Source: Octopus sinensis (Eukaryota). Taken from it: a stretch of DNA of 64,000 nt. Position numbers and translations under genes: made by a program. This document shows, one piece after another, positions 53,701-64,000 of the stretch (position 1 is its first letter; the number at the start of each line of letters is the position of its first letter). Under the pieces are notes generated by a model that did no database searches, was not told the origin of the DNA, and was given only the letters and a program-made list of their open reading frames with translations. The stretch lies in NCBI RefSeq assembly GCF_006345805.1, contig NC_043014.1:28706001-28770000 (forward strand). The letters run 5' to 3'.

Positions 53701-55297
53701 TGAGAACCGAAATTTTCTCATTGCATGCATCAATCCATTTCCTATTTATTCGTTTTTCTTTATCAATAATCTACTTCGCTAAAAGCCGTCAAGCAACATA
53801 TTTTACAGAAGGTAACAGAGAGCATATAGCATTGGTAAGTTTCGTCTGCATTCAAATGATTTTATTTTGTTTTTGGCATGTTACTACACAGCTTAAAAAC
53901 ACATTTGAAACAAGCAAAAATATTATTGTCTATTGTCAAGGTAGTGTCTCTAATTTAGCAGTCTACAAAAAAAATTAACATTCACAATAAGATGCTCTAT
54001 TATGATATAGATTTGTCTTATATACTAAGATAAAATATTGTCATATAAATTGGATTATGCAACGTATAATTTTATATGTTGATTATATCAAGCACAAGGT
54101 TAGATATTTCCGCTTAGATACACAGAAATGCAGTAACCATGTAAGATAAAAATGAGCTTAGTTTTGCTCTACAAATATAGTGATCAAGTAATTTAAAAGT
54201 GATGCAATAACTTATATGCTATTAAAGATTTTGATCAGATACATAATTTCTAAACTAGTAGTGACATATATCAGAGTGAATCCTGAGAATATGTATGGCA
54301 ACTAAAGCTGATCGTACAGAAAAAAAGTCATATTTTACAGCTAAATTGCGAAGAAGTTTGTTAAAATGTGAACGACACAAAAAAAAATGTTGCTTTCTGC
54401 TGAATCATTCTTGCAAGACCTGACACTGCGGCAGGTTCAACAAGTACCTGTATTCCTCCGCAAGTGCAAAATATGCTCTCTCTGAACTCTAGTTAAAAGA
54501 ATATGTCCTGAAATAGCTAAGATTTCAAACTCTCGCAATGTTAAGAGAACAAAACAAAACAAAACTAATAAACAAAGATGTAGAGAGATTTCAGTTACAT
54601 CAGCGCAGAAAATCACTTTATCCACAAAATATCAGAATGTAATAAAATATTTCCAGTTGGCATCAATGCATGTGTTAAGTGAGAGTCAGAAACTAGTACA
54701 TGGCTGCAAGGGTGTTTGTATGATCAAGCATACGTATGTGTGTCTTTGAGTGTGTTTGTGTGTGTGTATTTGCGTGCGAGATAGAGAGAGAAAGAAAGAA
54801 AAAGAAAGAAAGAAAGAGAGAATGATTATATGCATATAAATACAGATATGCATTTATATATGCACACACAAACATGCATCATCATCATTACACAAACACA
54901 CACGCACACACACACACACATGCATATAGAAATATGTATAGAGACAAACACTCATAGATATATTTAATAAAAATGTGTCTTAGGTCCTCATGGATGCAGA
55001 GCATCTGGTGATATGAACGTGTTTTACGTCCATGAAACTTATAAATAATGAGAAACTGAGTGAGCTTGCTGTTAAATATATACAGTCCAAACACGTGTTC
55101 TACTTTCTCACTTGTATATATGTAATTACGTGTGTGCCTGTGTATGTCTTCGCCTGATTGCCTGTCTGTATGTGTGTACGTGTGTGTGTATGCAAACTGA
55201 AGATGTACACTAAGCATGTTCTTGCATATAAGCATATATACAGTCTTTAAAGACAGACGAGTATAAGGGATATTTGTTCCATACACATTTAAATAAA

Positions 55298-55586
55298 ATG
55301 CAATGGCCCAGTAGTTAGGGCAGAGGACTCGCGGTTGTAGATCGCGGTTTCGATTTCCAGACAGGGCGTTGTGAGTGTTTCTTGAGCGAAAACACCTAAA
55401 GCTCCATGAGGCTCCGACAGGGGTGGTGGCGATCCCTGCTGTACTCTTTCGCCACAACTTTCTCTCACTCTTTCTTCCGCTTAGACAGCGGGGTGACGTC
55501 ATTTGAAAGCTAAAACAATGCGAAGCGTATTGTGACCAGCAACATGTGATAGCCTGGTCGGTCACGGTGATCACGGTGGTCACAGT
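55298..55586 (+). mobile_element. SINE family C with an alternative 3' tail
   Basis: Head GCAATGGCCCAGTAGTTAGGGCAG...GTTTCGATTTCC; body shared with 16586, tail different. Confidence 0.92.
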
Positions 55587-56064
55587 GTACATATGTGCCG
55601 GGGTATATTCACTCGCAATTTTTGCCAGCCAGCAAGTATGCACGCACACACACACACATACACAAACACACACACACACACGTATATAGAAGAGATAAAT
55701 GAAATTACCCAAATTATCAATTTTTTATTTAAGTCAATATTCCACAGGTATATTATCGCTATATTCCTATTGTAAGCCCTATATTTCTACTGCTGTCTAC
55801 CGGGAGGGGGGGATGATTTTGGCCAATATACCTCTAATGCGCAAGTTTCTTCCAGATTCACTTTAGCACCAGCCCTAAGGACAATTAAACAGAGATATAT
55901 AAGTATATACTTAATAAAAAGACTCCTACAATAATACCCTAAATACAAAATGTTAGCGACAACCCAGAGACTCAGTTCTCACCAACAACTCAACCCCCTG
56001 CCAATAATGGTAATGATTTCTTTTACGTTAACACAAAACCACATACTTTTTTTTAAGAGACTAC

Positions 56065-56215
56065 AGACGATTGATTGTTTGGTACTTATTTTATCGACCT
56101 ATGACGGATGAAAGGCGAAGTCAACTCCGGTGGGTTTTTTTAAATTCAGAATGTAGGAGGATATAAGAAAATAGCCACAGGGCATTTAGTTTGGCGCTTT
56201 ACCACCCTGCTGCCA
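56065..56215 (-). mobile_element. Degenerate SINE family A
   Basis: GGTACTTATTTTATCGACC...GGATGAAAGGCGAAGTCAAC. Confidence 0.7.
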
Positions 56216-56573
56216 ATAATAATAATGCTGATAATATCAATAGTCTTATTTCAGTATATTTTGGCAGACAGATATCTGTTGGGAAATACAATGTGCACGT
56301 ATATAATTTTTCTATGTTTACAAACCCCCGCTGTTACTACGACCACCAACTACCCCTCCACCACGACCACCACCGGGACCACCAACACCAATACCAATGC
56401 CAATATTTCCAATACCAAATCAACAACAATAACTACACCAGTGGTTAATTTAATGTCAGAAGGCACTTGGTTCTTTTAGTAGTAACAGAAGCAACATTAA
56501 GTACTGCAGGCGTTGTGTTGTATCACTGGGGAGAACTAACTCAACTTGCCAAAAGCTTCGCATAACTGTAAGC

Positions 56574-60665
<4,092 letters not shown>

Positions 60666-60883
60666 CGAATAAATGCTCCGATGCAGTAACAGGTAGAGGT
60701 ACTCATGGCTTCTGATCTTAACTGATTGGAATTGTTATCATGCACATGTTTTGTCTTGGTATAAAAGATGCTCTACAGCAAATATTCTGCTCAATGTCAC
60801 AGATTTGCTTTTCGTTGCTTGATCTTAACAAGTTGAGCATGTCCCTTGGTGGTTGATGACATGTGCATCTCTGATTACGAGCA

Positions 60884-61045
60884 ATAGTGCTGGTGTGTTT
60901 ACGTCACCGTAACCTAACAGTTCGGTAAAAGAGGCCGATATAAGTACTAGAATTACAAAGAATTAGTCCTGGGGTCGATTGTTCGACTAAAGGCGATGCT
61001 CCAGCATGACCACAGCCAAATTACCGAAACATTAAAAGAGTAAGT
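60884..61045 (+). mobile_element. SINE family B, 3' half
   Basis: GCTGGTGTGTTTACGTC...GACTAAAGGCGATGCTCCAGCATGACC. Confidence 0.85.
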
Positions 61046-61859
61046 CTTACTTATTTGATCAGGTCGCAGTTATTGGAATACTTAAACCTAATACCCTAGG
61101 TATCAGCGGATCACATACATACATACATACATACATACATACATACATACATACATTCATACACACATTTGATTTGATAGCTGTCCACTCGTGGTCAGTT
61201 ATTTGATCATATCAGATACCAGATGTACCCTTGCATGAGGTTATTGCAACAGCAGTCAGCTTCAGCCGGATTTTCGCCCGCTCTCCCATGCTCGCCACAG
61301 GGACTTCCTACGCGACCGAACATCGGATAGTTGCCTCTCCGGCGATTGCAAAACCTAAAATTTTAGATCCAATAAGGTTATCATGGCACCTCAGAGACCC
61401 TCTCCATCCTATTCACATGATCCAGAGACAAAATATTGAGACGAGACTAGGTGTCCAGAGATACCTAGTCTCAATATGGGTTGCTGGCTTATGAACGTAG
61501 GATCTTAAGGGCAAGTAAAAGATCCCCAAAATGTTCAGCACTATTCCCTGCATATCTGGTTTTACATCAGAGTGACCATCTAGAGGCATGGTTTAACAAA
61601 AGATAAGGGATGCCTCCCAATAGTCTTCCAGCACGCCGGACACCAGTTTGGAATCTCTGAGGGCCGATGCTGTTGCTGGATAGTCGTTTACCTACACTAG
61701 GTTCATCCGTACTTTTGTCAAGTCTTCCTCTTTTTGGGGTTCGGTTTATAGCAACCCTCCGCACCAGGCAAGCTTAGTGGGGGCGTCGGTTAAGTCACCG
61801 ACGACCAGACATGCAGCAGGTTCTACTACATTCCATGTTACCAGTAGCTGTTATGAGAG

Positions 61860-62320
61860 ACATTGCCAAATGACCCGACAGACATGCATTTTTGTAGAGG
61901 TCAGCTACCCAGTGGATGTGGATGTACCATCAAAAGTCCAGGAAAAAGAGAACATTTATAGTGAATACAGAACTTACAGCTCTTGTACCCTGACTATAAA
62001 TTCTCTTTTCAACCAATCTCTATAGGTCCATTACAAATTTTTACCCACGAATTTATACGAAAACCTAGAACCACTTGGTTTTTTCCGAAGAAAAGGCAAA
62101 AGTAGCGTGAAGATTTGTAAGATATTCCAAGACTTCGCCCTCTGAGATTCTTTAGGTGAATAGATGCACACACTTGGGTGTTGCACGGATAACTCAACCG
62201 ACGCACCAACTCAACTACAGATTTACAAACGCCGGGAACGCTCTTAGCTTAAAAAGTCTTGTCGCTTTGGTAGCGACCGGCTTAAACTCTCTTATGAACA
62301 GCTTAAAGCCCAATGAAAAA
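61860..62320 (+). mobile_element. R4/Dong-like 3' fragment, same family as 7283
   Basis: TCIFVEVSYPVD...QEKENIYSE, then after a frameshift NLQLLYPDYKF...IGPL...ENLEPLGF; followed directly by (TACA)n. Confidence 0.85.
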
Positions 62321-62321
62321 A

Positions 62322-62620
62322 CACATACATACATACATCCTTTCTTACATACATACACACACTCACATACATATATACATATATACATACATACTCACAT
62401 GCATACATACATAGATACATAGATACATACATGCATACATCCATACATACATACATGCATATATGCATGCATACATACATACATACATATATACATTCAC
62501 ACATACATACATACGTGCATACATACATACATGCATACATACATACATTCATACGTACATACATACATACATACATACATACATACATACATACATACAT
62601 ACATGCATACATACATACAT
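62322..62620. repeat. (TACA)n-type array
   Basis: Read directly. Confidence 0.95.
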
Positions 62621-63558
62621 GGTAGAAGTGAGTTTGTATTGAGTGCACAGTGTTGCACAGCATTCAATCCACTCTCCAGGGCAATCAGCTACAAAACCAG
62701 TGGCGCAACAAAGGGTAAAATGACCTGAAAACAACTGCATATTATGTTGTTTTTTTTTATACGAGTTTTCCTTCTCCTAGAAGTTCTAACGAGAACTATA
62801 GGTCTTTCACTCCCAGCGGTTCACATGCTATTTAACCCCAAAGCTGGGATTCTAACAAGGACTGCTATTCCATGCCATAGTAGACCTGGGAACAACAGTG
62901 GTTCTACATTCTTCAAAGCTCTGGAACGCCCTACCAGGGCCCAGCAACTGGATACAGTCATGGAAACACATGCATACATTACTATAGTTAATTCTTCAAT
63001 GGATGTGAGACTATTTCATAATCTTTAAAAGTAAAAATTTATCGATCATATGAAATGCTCCTTATGCCTCATATCAAGCGTATCTTATGTTAACTTGAGT
63101 GTTACCCGTCATATAATGGCTCACTTTGGAAGTATACGTTTGACACAAGCAGTAATACTAGGAAATATGGCATACATAATGATGATTAAGAAAAATATTA
63201 ATTACATTAGAATATAATAAAAGAAAAAATGAACCAAAATTACTCTCTGTGGAAGTTCACACACGTACTCACACTCCATCCCTTCCATTCTCTCTCTCTC
63301 TCTCTCTCTCTCTATCACACTCCCTTTCACTCTCTGTGAATGTGTAAATATATACGTGTGTGTGTGTGTGTTTATGTGTGTGTGTTTGTATACGTGTGTG
63401 TGCATGTGTTTTGTGTATACATGCACACACAGACATTCCCTCTTTTGTCTTTATGCGTTTCTCTCTCTCGCTCTGTATGTCTGTGTGTCCATGTGCAAAG
63501 CTTTCATTTACTCAAAACCTGCCATCTTATGTTAACTCTTTATTTTATTTATTTATGC

Positions 63559-63843
63559 GCCCTTTTCAACCCAAGCCAAGCTCATGGGCCCGGTTTCCCG
63601 GTTTCTATGGCGTATGTGTTCCCCCAGCCAGTCCATCGTAGCGTTACTCAAGAAACAGGAAGAAAGAGTGAGAAAAAGTTGGGGCGAAAGAGTAAAACAG
63701 GGGTCGCCCCAACCGTTACCGGTGTCTCGTGGAGCTTTAGGTGTTTCGCTCTATAAACACACAATGCCCGGTCTGGGAATCGAAACCGTGATCCTCCGAC
63801 CGCGAGGCCGCTGCCCTAACCACTGGGCCATTGCGCCTCCACA
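63559..63843 (-). mobile_element. SINE family C, near full length
   Basis: Head TGGAGGCGCAATGGCCCAGTGGTTAGGG; same tail as 16586; degenerate flanking repeat around TTAACTCT. Confidence 0.93.
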
Positions 63844-64000
63844 TATTAACTCTCTAATCTATCTATTACTCTCTTTTCCCTTGTACAATGTAAAGCGTGA
63901 CTGAAGACACCAACCAACCAACCAAACAATCAACCTTTATATCACCTCTTATTATATACAGATTAGCTGCCAAATTATGCCGACTCTACTTCGGTTTATA

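Noticed and set aside
53809-53834. 26-nt plus-strand exon candidate (EGNREHIAL)
   Set aside because: Good splice sites but too short and isolated, with no recognisable peptide.

Overview
AT-rich, microsatellite-saturated eukaryotic DNA with one 100-N scaffold gap (4760-4859). It is most likely intronic or intergenic octopus (coleoid cephalopod) DNA, inferred from the SINE families and repeat load. No intact protein-coding gene could be supported, and nearly all ORFs in the track are translations of simple repeats. Identifiable content: three tRNA-derived SINE families (called A, B, C here; about 25 copies, several with target-site duplications), decayed R4/Dong-like RLE non-LTR retrotransposons, RTE, L1/Tx1 and CR1-like LINE fragments, and mariner and Tc1-like transposase remnants. 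Main observations: (1) a near-complete type I hammerhead ribozyme at 21939-21995, plus two degenerate relatives, in short (TA)n-anchored elements with Penelope-like terminal architecture; (2) five unrelated fold-back hairpins next to (TA)n tracts; (3) an R4-like family whose three copies all end in (TACA)n; (4) a dimeric SINE that inserted as one unit; (5) a perfect 66-bp palindrome.
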